Shown here: positions 1-10,149 of the stretch, in pieces
Numbering within the stretch: the first letter of the stretch is position 1
Layout: the number at the start of each line of letters is the position of its first letter
IMG/VR virus record: IMGVR_UViG_3300042892_003815
Location: 64,001 to 128,000 of that record
Length of the DNA stretch: 64,000 bases
Strand: one strand, 5' to 3'
Source: a virus
Notes under the pieces: generated by a model
Database searches by the model: none
What the model saw: the letters and a program-made list of their open reading frames with translations, nothing else
What the model was told of the DNA's origin: nothing
Made by a program: the position numbers and the translations under genes

Positions 1-18
1 AATAAAAAATATACAAAA

Positions 19-969
19 ATGTCAATCATCTCATACTTTGGCGGTAAGGCCAACTTTCAATCCTTTATCACACCTAACATTCCAACAGATTGTAAAACAT
101 ATATTGAGCCATTTTCTGGTTCATTTGCAATATATTTAGACTCTAACTTAGAATTTACTAATGTTGTATTTAATGATAGAAACAGACATCAAGCAAATCT
201 AATGAAATGTTGTTCTCAACCACAAGATTTCTTAGTAGAACTAAAGTCTTTATTGGCACCAGGTGGATTACTTCACACTACTGAAACAGAATTAGATAAA
301 AAATGGGATTTCTTTAAAGCGATTTATAGAACTTATGTTACTAATGATTTCTTAGATGATATGAACTTTGAAATTGGTGATTTTAAAGTAGGTGCAATTT
401 ATGCATTCTTAATCACTTCAAGTTTTAGTTCAGTTTATCCGAGAGGTGGTGGTTTTACCGGATTCAAGAAAAAAACTAATAAATTGAACTTGCAAATCTT
501 AATCAATAAGTTAGAGAAAAATAAATATACTGAAAGATTACAAAAGATTACGGATTTTCATAATTTAGATTTTGAAGATGTAATTACTATGTATGATGCA
601 GAAGATACTTACATGTATTTAGATCCACCTTACGCTCGTTTTAACGACTTAAAAAATGATGATGATGGTAGAAGATTATTTTGGTATGGTTGTGATACAG
701 AGAACACCTTTGGGGTTTCTTCACACAGACGCTTATTAGAATTATTAAAGAGTTCTAAAAGTAGATGGTCATTATCATATTACTATTTTCCTTTATTAGA
801 AGAATTATTACCAAGAGATGAGTATCTTTGGACTTCAAAAGAATTTCATAGACCATCTGCGGTTATTAAAACTGAGGGAGTTGAGAAAGAAAAAGGTATT
901 GAATTATTGATTATGAACTATAATCCTGAAACAGGAGAAATGTTAAACACTAAACAAGATGTATTATAA
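19..969 (+). CDS. dam: DNA adenine methyltransferase (Dam/D12-like)
   Basis: N-terminal YFGGK, YIEPFSGS (SAM-binding motif I) and catalytic YLDPPY. Confidence 0.85.
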   Translation: MSIISYFGGKANFQSFITPNIPTDCKTYIEPFSGSFAIYLDSNLEFTNVVFNDRNRHQANLMKCCSQPQDFLVELKSLLAPGGLLHTTETELDKKWDFFKAIYRTYVTNDFLDDMNFEIGDFKVGAIYAFLITSSFSSVYPRGGGFTGFKKKTNKLNLQILINKLEKNKYTERLQKITDFHNLDFEDVITMYDAEDTYMYLDPPYARFNDLKNDDDGRRLFWYGCDTENTFGVSSHRRLLELLKSSKSRWSLSYYYFPLLEELLPRDEYLWTSKEFHRPSAVIKTEGVEKEKGIELLIMNYNPETGEMLNTKQDVL

Positions 970-1207
970 AAACAAAGATGTTAGATATGAGAATTATTGT
1001 AATATTATAACAGGTTTTCCAAAATATTACAAAGTATTTTCTGATGGATTTAGAGTAATTGATACTTATGATTTGATTAGTGTTCCTTATTATCGAAAAA
1101 TTAATGTTAAAAACTTAGTACCAATTGATAAAGAAGAATGGGATATAGTTGAAGATATTGTCTCTAAGACATATCAAAAACGTAGAGATCAATTCTTCGG
1201 TGGTTAG
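959..1207 (+). CDS. hypothetical protein
   Basis: 82-aa ORF overlapping the dam stop; no recognisable motif. Confidence 0.6.
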   Translation: MYYKNKDVRYENYCNIITGFPKYYKVFSDGFRVIDTYDLISVPYYRKINVKNLVPIDKEEWDIVEDIVSKTYQKRRDQFFGG

Positions 1208-1235
1208 AAATAAATTAAAAAATCAATAAAAATTT

Positions 1236-1940
1236 TTATTGATTTTTTAATTTTCTATCTAATAATTTGGCAATATTTGATCCAATTAAATAGTGAATAT
1301 TCTTGATTCCATCAACCTCAATTGTTTCTATTTCATCCATAAATCTAAATTGAAATTTATATTTATCTTGATCTTCTGGGTCTTCTGTAATATCTTTATC
1401 AATCTTATGTATTGATAACTCAATATCATAACTATTATTGATATTTATCTTAAAATCGAATGTGGTTTTATCACAAGAAACCATTTTAAACTTAGGTTCA
1501 TATTCTACTTCAAATACTGAATATTCGGTAATCTTAGCTCTTTTCATATAATAGTTTAAGAACATCGCAGGTGCTTCAATAAAGTCGGACAGTATTTGTA
1601 TATCTTCTCCAAAGTTATTTGACTCAATAATATCATCAATTTTCTTTTTCATATCAATAATACTATTAAACTCGATCTTATGATAGACACAGTTTATATC
1701 ATAAAGATATAAAAATGAATTATCAATAATATTTCTTTTATTTAGATCAGTTTTAAAGATGAATTTGGTGTGTATAATAGATATGTCTTCAGTTGATAAA
1801 CCATGTAAACAAATTACAAGTTTTAAAAACTCTTCATCATCAGATTTTTCATAAACTGTGTCGATTGATGTAACTACACCTTCTTCTTCACTGAAAATCT
1901 CTTTAAATGCTTCTTCTATTTCTGATATTCTAATGTTCAT
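1236..1940 (-). CDS. hypothetical protein
   Basis: 234-aa ORF, 2 nt downstream of the nucleotidyltransferase gene on the same strand. Confidence 0.7.
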   Translation of the reverse strand: MNIRISEIEEAFKEIFSEEEGVVTSIDTVYEKSDDEEFLKLVICLHGLSTEDISIIHTKFIFKTDLNKRNIIDNSFLYLYDINCVYHKIEFNSIIDMKKKIDDIIESNNFGEDIQILSDFIEAPAMFLNYYMKRAKITEYSVFEVEYEPKFKMVSCDKTTFDFKININNSYDIELSIHKIDKDITEDPEDQDKYKFQFRFMDEIETIEVDGIKNIHYLIGSNIAKLLDRKLKNQ

Positions 1941-1942
1941 AA

Positions 1943-2683
1943 TTATTCAAATTGTTTATCATAAGCATATCTTTTAAGTTTCATAACTTTTTCAATATAC
2001 CCATTACGTCTTAATAGTTTGAAAACTAAATTACCTAATGAAAGTTCACCACCTTCACTATCTAAACCACTTTTTCTGTAGTTTTTTATTTTCTCCCAAA
2101 CTTTTTTAATCTTTTCACTAAATTGTTCATATTTATCCTCGTCTACTTCATCTTCTAAGTCATCAACTAACATCATTACTGACTTACCTTTCTCTCTAAT
2201 TTCCTCATCATCTGGTGTAAAATCAATTTTCTCTGGTTTTACAATCCATTTATTATTAAGTAGTGAGAACATACCAGATGCCTTATGATCTTCTGAGACA
2301 TCTTGTATATAAACTTCTACTTCATAACCTTTTATTTTAATATCATGATCCTTATTAAAGTTATTCTTTGCCGCATCTACATACTTTTTAACTAATTCAA
2401 TATCTTCACTTACGTCATTGAAGTTTATTAAGATATGTAAATCATAATCAGAATATTTTTCTGACCAGTTATAGTTTGATAATGAACCTGTTAGAACAAC
2501 ATCTTTAACATCTACTTTTAAATCAGTAGAATTATAAAAGTCTTGTGCTATTCTCAATAAATCTTCTCTAACTTCTTGATCAAGTTCAAAATCTGTCCAT
2601 AGTTTAGGATTCAACTCATCTTTTAAATGAAATGATTTTACTGGCTCAAAATCAGCTTGTACAAACTCAAAATATTTCTTCAT
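1943..2683 (-). CDS. Pol-beta superfamily nucleotidyltransferase with capsid-targeting-like leader
   Basis: LTGS...SDYDLHI (GS + DxD) and a later VEVYIQD strand; N-terminus MKKYFEF; TAAATATATA 4 nt upstream. Confidence 0.75.
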   Translation of the reverse strand: MKKYFEFVQADFEPVKSFHLKDELNPKLWTDFELDQEVREDLLRIAQDFYNSTDLKVDVKDVVLTGSLSNYNWSEKYSDYDLHILINFNDVSEDIELVKKYVDAAKNNFNKDHDIKIKGYEVEVYIQDVSEDHKASGMFSLLNNKWIVKPEKIDFTPDDEEIREKGKSVMMLVDDLEDEVDEDKYEQFSEKIKKVWEKIKNYRKSGLDSEGGELSLGNLVFKLLRRNGYIEKVMKLKRYAYDKQFE

Positions 2684-2687
2684 AGTG

Positions 2688-2697
2688 TATATATTTA
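2688..2697 (-). promoter_or_regulatory. putative late promoter element (TAAATATATA variant)
   Basis: Variant of the recurrent TAATATATA motif, 4 nt before the ATG at 2683. Confidence 0.5.
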
Positions 2698-2722
2698 ATT
2701 TAACTTTTGGTATCCAGTATTT

Positions 2723-5700
2723 TTAATTATCTAATTGTTTCCAAGCTCCATTCAAATAACAATAAATGTGTTGAGCAGCGCCTACTCCGTAAACCGCAAT
2801 CATACCGTTTACTGGGCTTGACGGAGCCGATGTTGTAGGTGTTAAAACTAATACTTGGTCTATTGTTACTATTCTACTAGCGAAGTCTCCTCCGATTAAA
2901 GGTGTTCCTATAGTATTGGATATATATAATTTATTATTTTCTGCTATTGAGGCAGTTGGACCTGAGTTAAACCCTATATAAACATTATTTGCACCATTTT
3001 CAAGAAAATAACCTGCATTAGATCCAATAGCAGTATTTCCGTTTGCAGTATTATTACGATATAAAGTATTATTACCAATTGCAGTGTTACTTGCCCCGGT
3101 GCTATTTTGTCTTGCCGCAGATACACCAATTGCCGTGTTAAAGGCACCTCCGTTAGTATTTAATAGTGCTTGCATACCAATAGCTGTATTTTGAGATCCA
3201 CTAGTATTTGTTTTTAAAGATTGAAAGCCATATGCTGTATTATAAAGTCCAAACGAGTTATTTGCCGCCAATGATTCTTCTCCAAAAGAGGTATTTCCGC
3301 TAACATTACCTTTACCGTTATTCCAAATAGTTAAATCTGTTGCGTTTGATTCTAACCAAGCTATTGTTGATCCGGTAGCACCAGTTGATCCGGTAGCACC
3401 AGTTGATCCGGTAGCACCAGTTGATCCAGTAGCACCAGTTGATCCAGTAGCACCAGTTGATCCGGTAGCACCAGTTGATCCGGTAGCACCAGTTGATCCG
3501 GTAGCACCAGTTGATCCGGTAGCACCAGTTGATCCAGTAGCACCAGTAGCACCAGTTGATCCGGTAACACCAGTACCTTGAATACCCTGGGGACCGATTG
3601 GACCTTGAGATCCTTGTGCTGCCAATAATGTCCAATTGATATGTGTTATATCTAAATCAGGTGATACTACAGATGCAGTTGAACTAACTGTCGCAACACA
3701 CCACCAAGATGCTGACGCATAACCAACAGCATCATTCATATTATAAAGTGAGTTATTACTCCAAGAACCTTGCCAAGTTAAACCAGAAACACCAACAGGA
3801 CCTTCGATACCTTGTGGTCCTTGTACACCAGAAGTTCCAGAAGAACCTGAAGTACCACTTGTTCCAGGTACACCTGTTTCTCCATTAGCAACCGCAATCC
3901 AATCAAAATTCTCAGCAAACATTTGTGTTGTAACTCTGAACCCTGAAGCAGTCTTATTTGTTATTGCCACATCCGTACCACTATTTGTAATATCGATGGA
4001 GATGGAATAATTTGTAGACCCGAATGGCTGCGCGAAGACAACATCATAGGCAGTACCAACCCATCCTGGGTCAGCTGATGAAACAATTCCAGATTTAGCA
4101 CTTAACCCAGTACCATCCGTACCTGAAGTACCACTTGTTCCACTTGAACCTGATGTTCCACTTGAACCTGATGTTCCACTTGAACCTGATGTTCCAGAAG
4201 AACCACTATCACCTTGTACACCTTGTGCACCCATCGGACCTTGAGATCCTTGTGCTGCTAATAATACCCAATTTATATTTGTTATATCTAAATCAGGTGC
4301 AATCACTGATGCGGTTGAACTAACTGTTGCAACACACCACCAAGATGCTGACGCATAACCAACGGCATCATTCATATTATATAAAGAGTCATTACTCCAA
4401 GGACCTTGCCAACTTAAACCAGAAACACCAACAGGGCCTTCGATACCTTGTGCACCTTGTGCACCAGAAGTTCCAGAGGTTCCAGAGGTTCCAGATGCGG
4501 TTGATCCTGGTGATGAAGTACCTGCAATTGCTTCTATCCATTGAAATAAACCGGTTCCATCATTAGAAAGAACCCAACTTGCGGTTGCGGTATTTACGGA
4601 ATTGATATGATCTATTGTTAGGCTATTATCTAAAACTATCGCAGAAACAGAAGGTCCATTTACAGTCATCTCTGATGATAACTGAATAGTATCCGTTGTG
4701 TTAAAAGTAATAGTATTGGTTAAGTCGACTAAAACCAACTCACCTGCCATTAAATTATTAAAACTTCCACTATTTACAAGATTTAACGCACCATTTGCTA
4801 TAATAACATGACCATAATTTTCTATTGATCCTTCTATTGTTAAGTCACCATATACCCAGTATTGTTCGTTTTCTTGAACAGTAATAACTTCACCGGGCGC
4901 TATATAATATTGTATATTATATGCATCTGATGGAAAAGGATTTGTCATTTGAAAATAAGTTCCATCATAAGTTAAACTATAAACACCATTTACTGTAATA
5001 TCATTTGAAATTAAATCTCTTAAACCTGTTTTGGTTGCAATTTTAATATCTTTATACCCTAATCCATTTATATTAATTGATGCAGTACCATTATTTACCG
5101 TACTAAACTTAGTTAAAAATATTAAATCATTACTATATTCATTGAATATTGGATCTGTGCTTACTGAATAAGTTACTCCACTTATTGATGTCGGTTCAAT
5201 ATAAAATACTTGTGTTACTTTTTCTTTTTTCCATACACCAGTAGGAAAATCACCTTCATATTTATACATTGAATTATTGTCACTATCTGTTCTAACAGTC
5301 ATACCATTAGTTGGTATAGTAGTATTCCAATATCCTGAAACATTAGCATCATATTCTACAATTATTGTACCATATGAGTAAATATCCCAGTTTGTACCTG
5401 ATGGAAGTAAACCTGGGATAGTTCCAAGTAAATATCTATCACCCGTATTAGGTTCTAATGTAGGTTCAACACTTAAAATTGAAATTACAGAGTCAACCCA
5501 TTCAGTTGATGAATTTTTATCTATATTAGTTTTTACCCAATTTGAGTTATCTAATATATCTGCATTTGTATAATCATATGTAAGTTGATATGTACCGTTA
5601 AGATCAGAATCAGAATCATTATAAACAGTTACTAACATACCCCACTGTCTTCTTGGAAGTGGTATAACTATCATTTCATCAAATGTTTCATATCCATGAA

Positions 5701-5800
5701 TACCTCCTTTTATCTCATTACTATATGCTGATGCAATTTGATCTAATGAGTCATTCGGACGAATTGCTGCTGATACTAAAGTTCCTATATTTTGTGACAT
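2723..5800 (-). CDS. collagen-like tail fibre / virion fibre protein
   Basis: Gly-X-Y tracts (GATGST, GTSGSS, GPQG), duplicated ~80-aa WQG.W module, C-terminal NTAxG beta-helix repeats, DUF2793-like segment (GDRYLLG...W). Confidence 0.75.
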   Translation of the reverse strand: MSQNIGTLVSAAIRPNDSLDQIASAYSNEIKGGIHGYETFDEMIVIPLPRRQWGMLVTVYNDSDSDLNGTYQLTYDYTNADILDNSNWVKTNIDKNSSTEWVDSVISILSVEPTLEPNTGDRYLLGTIPGLLPSGTNWDIYSYGTIIVEYDANVSGYWNTTIPTNGMTVRTDSDNNSMYKYEGDFPTGVWKKEKVTQVFYIEPTSISGVTYSVSTDPIFNEYSNDLIFLTKFSTVNNGTASININGLGYKDIKIATKTGLRDLISNDITVNGVYSLTYDGTYFQMTNPFPSDAYNIQYYIAPGEVITVQENEQYWVYGDLTIEGSIENYGHVIIANGALNLVNSGSFNNLMAGELVLVDLTNTITFNTTDTIQLSSEMTVNGPSVSAIVLDNSLTIDHINSVNTATASWVLSNDGTGLFQWIEAIAGTSSPGSTASGTSGTSGTSGAQGAQGIEGPVGVSGLSWQGPWSNDSLYNMNDAVGYASASWWCVATVSSTASVIAPDLDITNINWVLLAAQGSQGPMGAQGVQGDSGSSGTSGSSGTSGSSGTSGSSGTSGTSGTDGTGLSAKSGIVSSADPGWVGTAYDVVFAQPFGSTNYSISIDITNSGTDVAITNKTASGFRVTTQMFAENFDWIAVANGETGVPGTSGTSGSSGTSGVQGPQGIEGPVGVSGLTWQGSWSNNSLYNMNDAVGYASASWWCVATVSSTASVVSPDLDITHINWTLLAAQGSQGPIGPQGIQGTGVTGSTGATGATGSTGATGSTGATGSTGATGSTGATGSTGATGSTGATGSTGATGSTGATGSTGATGSTIAWLESNATDLTIWNNGKGNVSGNTSFGEESLAANNSFGLYNTAYGFQSLKTNTSGSQNTAIGMQALLNTNGGAFNTAIGVSAARQNSTGASNTAIGNNTLYRNNTANGNTAIGSNAGYFLENGANNVYIGFNSGPTASIAENNKLYISNTIGTPLIGGDFASRIVTIDQVLVLTPTTSAPSSPVNGMIAVYGVGAAQHIYCYLNGAWKQLDN
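3366..3572. repeat. 18-nt coding tandem repeat (GTTGATCCRGTAGCACCA, ~10 copies)
   Basis: Contiguous units without spacers; encodes (TGSTGA)n on the minus strand. Confidence 0.95.
3601..4475. repeat. ~240-nt internal duplication in fibre gene (3601-3840 and ~4237-4475)
   Basis: Both copies encode [12 protein letters not shown](S/T)[53 protein letters not shown]. Confidence 0.9.
4140..4193. repeat. 18-nt coding tandem repeat (CCACTTGAACCTGATGTT x3)
   Basis: Encodes GTSGSS repeats of the fibre protein. Confidence 0.9.
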
Positions 5801-5816
5801 TTATATTCTTATTTTT

Positions 5817-6803
5817 TTAACTTATTATAATATTTAATGGTGAGTTTTGTGCAGTATTTGATATCCAAACTTCATAATTTGTCATAACACCATGTATATT
5901 GGTAAAACTCCAACCAGTTTTTAAATTTGTAAATCCTGTATTCTGCAGTCCGTTTACTGTAAATACTGGACTTGTTGCGTTTGGAACATTACTTGGCCAA
6001 GCAAAAAGTAGATAATTACCAGCACCATTTATATTTGTGTATGTCTTATCTTTAATCTTAGATAATACATTACCTGTTCCAACTCCTGCACCAGTCAACC
6101 CAAGTATTATAGAACTATTTATTGTAATAGAAGGAGCTAATATTGGCTCTTCGGTAAGATTTGGATTCAAAATTGATGTAAGATCTAATGATCCCCAATA
6201 TATTTTGTTCATCCAATCAAATGATGTGTTTATTGTTGTTATTGTTGTTGAATCATCACCAACCACCATTGTAAAGGTATTTGTAGTATAAACTTCAGGA
6301 GTACTCCAAGTTCCAGTTACTAATTTTGTTCCACTCTGATTATAACCTGTTGGTATAAATATTTGTCCATCAACAACAATCGATGTAATTATATTAGACT
6401 TCTTAGTAACATTCCAAGATAAAGTAGAATTTAGATTTTGTCCATACTCTTTATTAGATAAAGTAGATAAACTTAATACAGGTGAAACATATGGATATAA
6501 AAGAGCATCAAACATCTGCTGTACTGTATGTGGTGTAGAGAATGTTGTTCCTTCTGGAATACCACCAACAGTTATTGTAGTTGGGTTTGAATTTTGAAAG
6601 TATGGTGATACTGAAGACGCAGATACTGCTATTATTTCAACATCACTTATTCTCTCCCATAAAGTAAAGACCGCATCTCTTACATGATTTGCAAAAATCA
6701 AATTAGCATTATTATCTTTTACTTGATCTAATAAATTTTGTACGGTGGACCAACGTTTGGATTCGTAATTACTGGCAGTACCATATTTGTATAAAAATGA
6801 CAT
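5817..6803 (-). CDS. putative virion structural protein
   Basis: Thr/Ser/Asn-rich beta-type composition, directly upstream of the fibre gene, TAATATATA upstream. Confidence 0.55.
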   Translation of the reverse strand: MSFLYKYGTASNYESKRWSTVQNLLDQVKDNNANLIFANHVRDAVFTLWERISDVEIIAVSASSVSPYFQNSNPTTITVGGIPEGTTFSTPHTVQQMFDALLYPYVSPVLSLSTLSNKEYGQNLNSTLSWNVTKKSNIITSIVVDGQIFIPTGYNQSGTKLVTGTWSTPEVYTTNTFTMVVGDDSTTITTINTSFDWMNKIYWGSLDLTSILNPNLTEEPILAPSITINSSIILGLTGAGVGTGNVLSKIKDKTYTNINGAGNYLLFAWPSNVPNATSPVFTVNGLQNTGFTNLKTGWSFTNIHGVMTNYEVWISNTAQNSPLNIIIS

Positions 6804-6854
6804 ATATAATTAATGTTTTTATGTATATATTAAAATATTATTTTCATAATAAAT

Positions 6855-6881
6855 AAAAAAGAGAGTTAAACTCTCTTTTTT
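6855..6881. terminator. bidirectional intrinsic terminator
   Basis: AAAAAAGAGAG-TTAAA-CTCTCTTTTTT. Confidence 0.8.
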
Positions 6882-6882
6882 A

Positions 6883-7605
6883 TTATTGTTTTTTTATCCA
6901 AAGATAATAATCATCTGTTTTTTCAAAATCAAATTTTGTATAGTTCATCTCAAGAGAGTCATTTATTAAATCCGTTATTAAACTATCACTCAGTTTAGAC
7001 TCTATATCTGTATAGAATTTATCTTTATCCACAAGTTTATTTAGTCTTAAAGATACTCCAACAATTAAATCAATTTGTTGTTTAAGAAGTTCTTCATATA
7101 AATACTCTTTCATATTTTCTTTAATAATATCAAATTCATCTTTATTGTAAACAATTACTAATAGATCTTCATTTTCCCAGTTACTAATTTTAAACATATG
7201 TTTATCAGTATCAACTATGTCTATTTGACTTAAATTTGCATCAAAGTGATCTGCTAAAAACTTCTCTGCTTTAATGTCGGTTTTTCCAATACCTTTATAA
7301 AGACATTGAATAATTGAAGTAATTTTAAATTCATCTGATTCAAAGACTTTAAATCTTTCAAATGTTAAAACTCCATCAGTTTCCATATGAACTCTATCTT
7401 CAATAACATCATTTATAACCTGTTTAATACCATTGATATCTTTTAAACCATTTCTTTCTATAAACTTTTCAAATTTATCAGAACCATTTTTTAAATACCT
7501 TTTTAAGTTAGTAGGTTTGATTTTCCACTTATCAATATACTCATCAACTAGTTTATTTACTACTTGGTAATATTTATTTGCATCTTCTCTACTATTTATT
7601 GACAT
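6883..7605 (-). CDS. hypothetical protein
   Basis: 240-aa ORF, TAATATATA upstream; internal FERFKVFES resembles the leader motif. Confidence 0.7.
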   Translation of the reverse strand: MSINSREDANKYYQVVNKLVDEYIDKWKIKPTNLKRYLKNGSDKFEKFIERNGLKDINGIKQVINDVIEDRVHMETDGVLTFERFKVFESDEFKITSIIQCLYKGIGKTDIKAEKFLADHFDANLSQIDIVDTDKHMFKISNWENEDLLVIVYNKDEFDIIKENMKEYLYEELLKQQIDLIVGVSLRLNKLVDKDKFYTDIESKLSDSLITDLINDSLEMNYTKFDFEKTDDYYLWIKKQ

Positions 7606-7740
7606 TATTTAATTATCTTTTTTATTAGTGTATATATTAAAAACTATTTCTACTTTTTTAAATAAAAAATAATATTTTACTAAACAAACGACATGATTTT
7701 TGATATATAATCTTGTATAAAAATTAAAACAAAACAAATT

Positions 7741-7917
7741 ATGAAAAAAGTATTATTCGCTGTAATGGCAATCGCTGCAATTTCTTTAACATCTTGCAAA
7801 AAAACTGAAACTGTAGATACAACTACAACTGTTGATTCAACTGCTGTTGATACTACAACTGTTGATTCAACTGCTGTTGATTCTGCTGCTGTTGACACTA
7901 CTGAAGTAGTTAAGTAA
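7741..7917 (+). CDS. small lipoprotein with DS/DT repeats (58 aa; not in ORF track)
   Basis: Manual translation MKKVLFAVMAIAAISLTS-CKKTETVDTTTTVDSTAVDTTTVDSTAVDSAAVDTTEVVK*; SPII lipobox LTS-C; followed by a terminator. Confidence 0.85.
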   Translation: MKKVLFAVMAIAAISLTSCKKTETVDTTTTVDSTAVDTTTVDSTAVDSAAVDTTEVVK

Positions 7918-7934
7918 TTAAATGTACTTGGTAT

Positions 7935-7966
7935 AAAAAAGAGAAACAGAAATGTTTCTCTTTTTT
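7935..7966. terminator. intrinsic terminator
   Basis: AAAAAAGAGAAACA-GAAA-TGTTTCTCTTTTTT. Confidence 0.85.
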
Positions 7967-7986
7967 GTTTTTAGGAATTGTGTATT

Positions 7987-7995
7987 TAATATATA
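7987..7995 (+). promoter_or_regulatory. putative late promoter TAATATATA
   Basis: Recurrent motif, 4 nt before the ATG at 8000. Confidence 0.55.
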
Positions 7996-7999
7996 GTTT

Positions 8000-8905
8000 A
8001 TGAATTTAAAACAACTTAGAGACTTTTATAATAATAAACCAGTTGAGTTTGTTATTAAAGAACATTATAACTTAATAGAGGATAATGAATACATACCTCG
8101 TTTCTCTTTAAAGAATGTTAAGGATATTGCAAATATACCTATCAATCAACCAATTAAATATTCTGATCAAATAATGACTAAGGCTATTAAGTATGGTATG
8201 ATGTTTCTATTAAACTATAAAGGTGAAAAAGATAAACACTTCGCAGGTCATGAGAGAGTTATATACCCAATGGTACTTGGACGTTCATCTCAAGGTAAGA
8301 TGTTGTTAAGAGGATGGCACTTAAATGGATGGTCAGTATCTCAAAGAAGACACATAAATAAGATTTGGAGACTTTTTAGAACAGATAGGATACTTTCTAT
8401 GACTTTTACCGGATCGTTCTATAGATTACCTCCCGCAGGTTATAATATGAATGATAAAGGTATGAGAGGTGGTATTGTTGTTAGAGCAGATTTCAATGAA
8501 ATTAGAAGAAATCAACAAGCACTAGTAAATCAAAATAAAATACAAAATAGAGAAGAAGTTACTATTGGTGAAAAAGATAAAACTTTTGCTTCTATTCAAG
8601 TTAAGGAAACCGAAGAATCTAAATTAGATTTGATGAAACCATTTGAAAATGTTTATGTAAATAATAATAAAGATATGGCTGGATTAAGAATATCATTCTT
8701 AAAAAGTATTTATGGTAACAAGTATATAGCGGTTTTGGGTGCATTGGGACAACCCGGTAATACAGTTAGAGTTTTAACTGATAAACAAGTGAATCTAGGT
8801 GTTTTTAAAGTACTTGATTCTATTACTGGTGATGTTTTAAAAAGTATTAAAAATGTAAAGGGTAATGCTTTATATGATTTGTATTTATTCGATAAAAAAC
8901 TTTAA
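8000..8905 (+). CDS. WYL-domain-like protein
   Basis: YKG...ERVIYPMVLG...LLRGW...WRLFRTDRI matches the WYL pattern. Confidence 0.6.
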   Translation: MNLKQLRDFYNNKPVEFVIKEHYNLIEDNEYIPRFSLKNVKDIANIPINQPIKYSDQIMTKAIKYGMMFLLNYKGEKDKHFAGHERVIYPMVLGRSSQGKMLLRGWHLNGWSVSQRRHINKIWRLFRTDRILSMTFTGSFYRLPPAGYNMNDKGMRGGIVVRADFNEIRRNQQALVNQNKIQNREEVTIGEKDKTFASIQVKETEESKLDLMKPFENVYVNNNKDMAGLRISFLKSIYGNKYIAVLGALGQPGNTVRVLTDKQVNLGVFKVLDSITGDVLKSIKNVKGNALYDLYLFDKKL

Positions 8906-8935
8906 TATATAGTATATAAAAATAATTAAAAAGTT

Positions 8936-9523
8936 ATGATTAAGAAATTTGAAAACTTTGATGATAATTCAGAAGAGTTCAATGAGAAGAAAAATTGGAT
9001 CAAAGATGCAATTAAGAATCCAGGTGCTTTGAGAAAGTCTTTAGGTAAAAAAGATGATGATAAAATTTCTAAAAAAGAAATCGAGTCAGAACTTTCTAAA
9101 TTAAAAGCTAAGGATAAAGATAAGAAAAAACCAGGTACTCAATTAGATAAAAAAGATGCTACTAAAAAAAGAAGATTAGAGTTGGCAAAAACTTTAAGTA
9201 AACTTAAAGCAATTAAGGAAAATCACGAAGAAGAAAATTATATGTTTTTTAGTAATTTAGAAACTATCAAAAGATTAGTTGATAAGTTATTAGAAATGGA
9301 TAAAACTGAAATTGATGAAATGTTAAAAGAACACGATTGGGCATCAGATCACGTTACATCATCTAAAGATGATATTGAAGAAGTATTTAACTTTATTGCA
9401 GGACATAATGATTCAGAAGAGGATTTTGGATATGCTACACACGATGGTAGTTTTGGTGGTGATGATTCTGAAATTGATGAAGATCCAATGCAACACTTAA
9501 AAAGTTTTTTCGCAAAGAAATAA
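8936..9523 (+). CDS. hypothetical protein with capsid-targeting-like leader
   Basis: MIKKFENF...FNE leader; basic NWIKDAIKNPGALRKSLG segment; acidic C-terminal half. Confidence 0.65.
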   Translation: MIKKFENFDDNSEEFNEKKNWIKDAIKNPGALRKSLGKKDDDKISKKEIESELSKLKAKDKDKKKPGTQLDKKDATKKRRLELAKTLSKLKAIKENHEEENYMFFSNLETIKRLVDKLLEMDKTEIDEMLKEHDWASDHVTSSKDDIEEVFNFIAGHNDSEEDFGYATHDGSFGGDDSEIDEDPMQHLKSFFAKK

Positions 9524-9551
9524 TTAAAACCTCTAAAAATAAAATATAAAT

Positions 9552-10016
9552 ATGAAATTATCAGAAAACTTAGACTTAGGTGAATTAACAAGAAGTGAGT
9601 CTGCTAGAAGAGTAGGTATATCTAATGCACCAACCACAGAACATATTGAAAATATGAAAAAATTAGCTACCAATGTTTTTCAACCAATTAGAGAACATTT
9701 TGGTGTTCCTATTTTTATCTCGTCAGGGTACAGAAGCAAGGCTTTAAATACTAAAATCGGTGGAAGTTCTACAAGTCAACATAGTTCAGGCGAAGCAATT
9801 GATATTGATATGGATGGTAGTTCAAGTGGAGTTACAAATAAAGAAGTTTTTGATTTTATTAAAGATAACTTAGAGTTTGACCAACTTATTTGGGAATTTG
9901 GAAGTAAAAACAATCCTGATTGGGTTCATGTTTCTTATGAGAGTACTGGTAGACAAAGAAAACAAGTTTTAAAAGCAGTTAAAGTAAATGGTGTTACAAA
10001 ATATGAAAACTATTAA
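9552..10016 (+). CDS. peptidase M15A family (D-Ala-D-Ala/peptidoglycan metallopeptidase)
   Basis: SSGYRS, SQH..GEAIDI and WVHVSY zinc-ligand motifs. Confidence 0.9.
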   Translation: MKLSENLDLGELTRSESARRVGISNAPTTEHIENMKKLATNVFQPIREHFGVPIFISSGYRSKALNTKIGGSSTSQHSSGEAIDIDMDGSSSGVTNKEVFDFIKDNLEFDQLIWEFGSKNNPDWVHVSYESTGRQRKQVLKAVKVNGVTKYENY

Positions 10017-10040
10017 TAAAATAATTGTAAAGAATAATTT

Positions 10041-10070
10041 AAAAACCTCACTATTATAGTGAGGTTTTTT
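10041..10070. terminator. intrinsic terminator
   Basis: AAAAACCTCACTAT/ATAGTGAGGTTTTTT inverted repeat. Confidence 0.85.
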
Positions 10071-10075
10071 CTTTT

Positions 10076-10102
10076 AAACTAACATGTTACTATTTCATAT
10101 AA
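10076..10102 (+). promoter_or_regulatory. putative middle-type promoter AAAC-N16-CATATAA
   Basis: Same bipartite spacing recurs upstream of several replication genes. Confidence 0.45.
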
Positions 10103-10149
10103 GTTAAGTTTAACTCCTTAATTAGGAATTAAAAAATAATAGCATATGA

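Noticed and set aside
3366-3572. 18-nt repeat array as a CRISPR array
   Set aside because: Units are contiguous with no unique spacers, lie in frame in a gene encoding Gly-X-Y, and no cas genes are present
3318-4566. Alternative-frame ORFs 3318..3635, 3361..3570, 4135..4323, 4327..4566
   Set aside because: Shadows created by stop-free repeats inside the fibre gene
7680-7898. 72-aa minus-strand ORF in the track
   Set aside because: Antisense shadow of the plus-strand lipoprotein 7741..7917, which has a signal peptide and terminator
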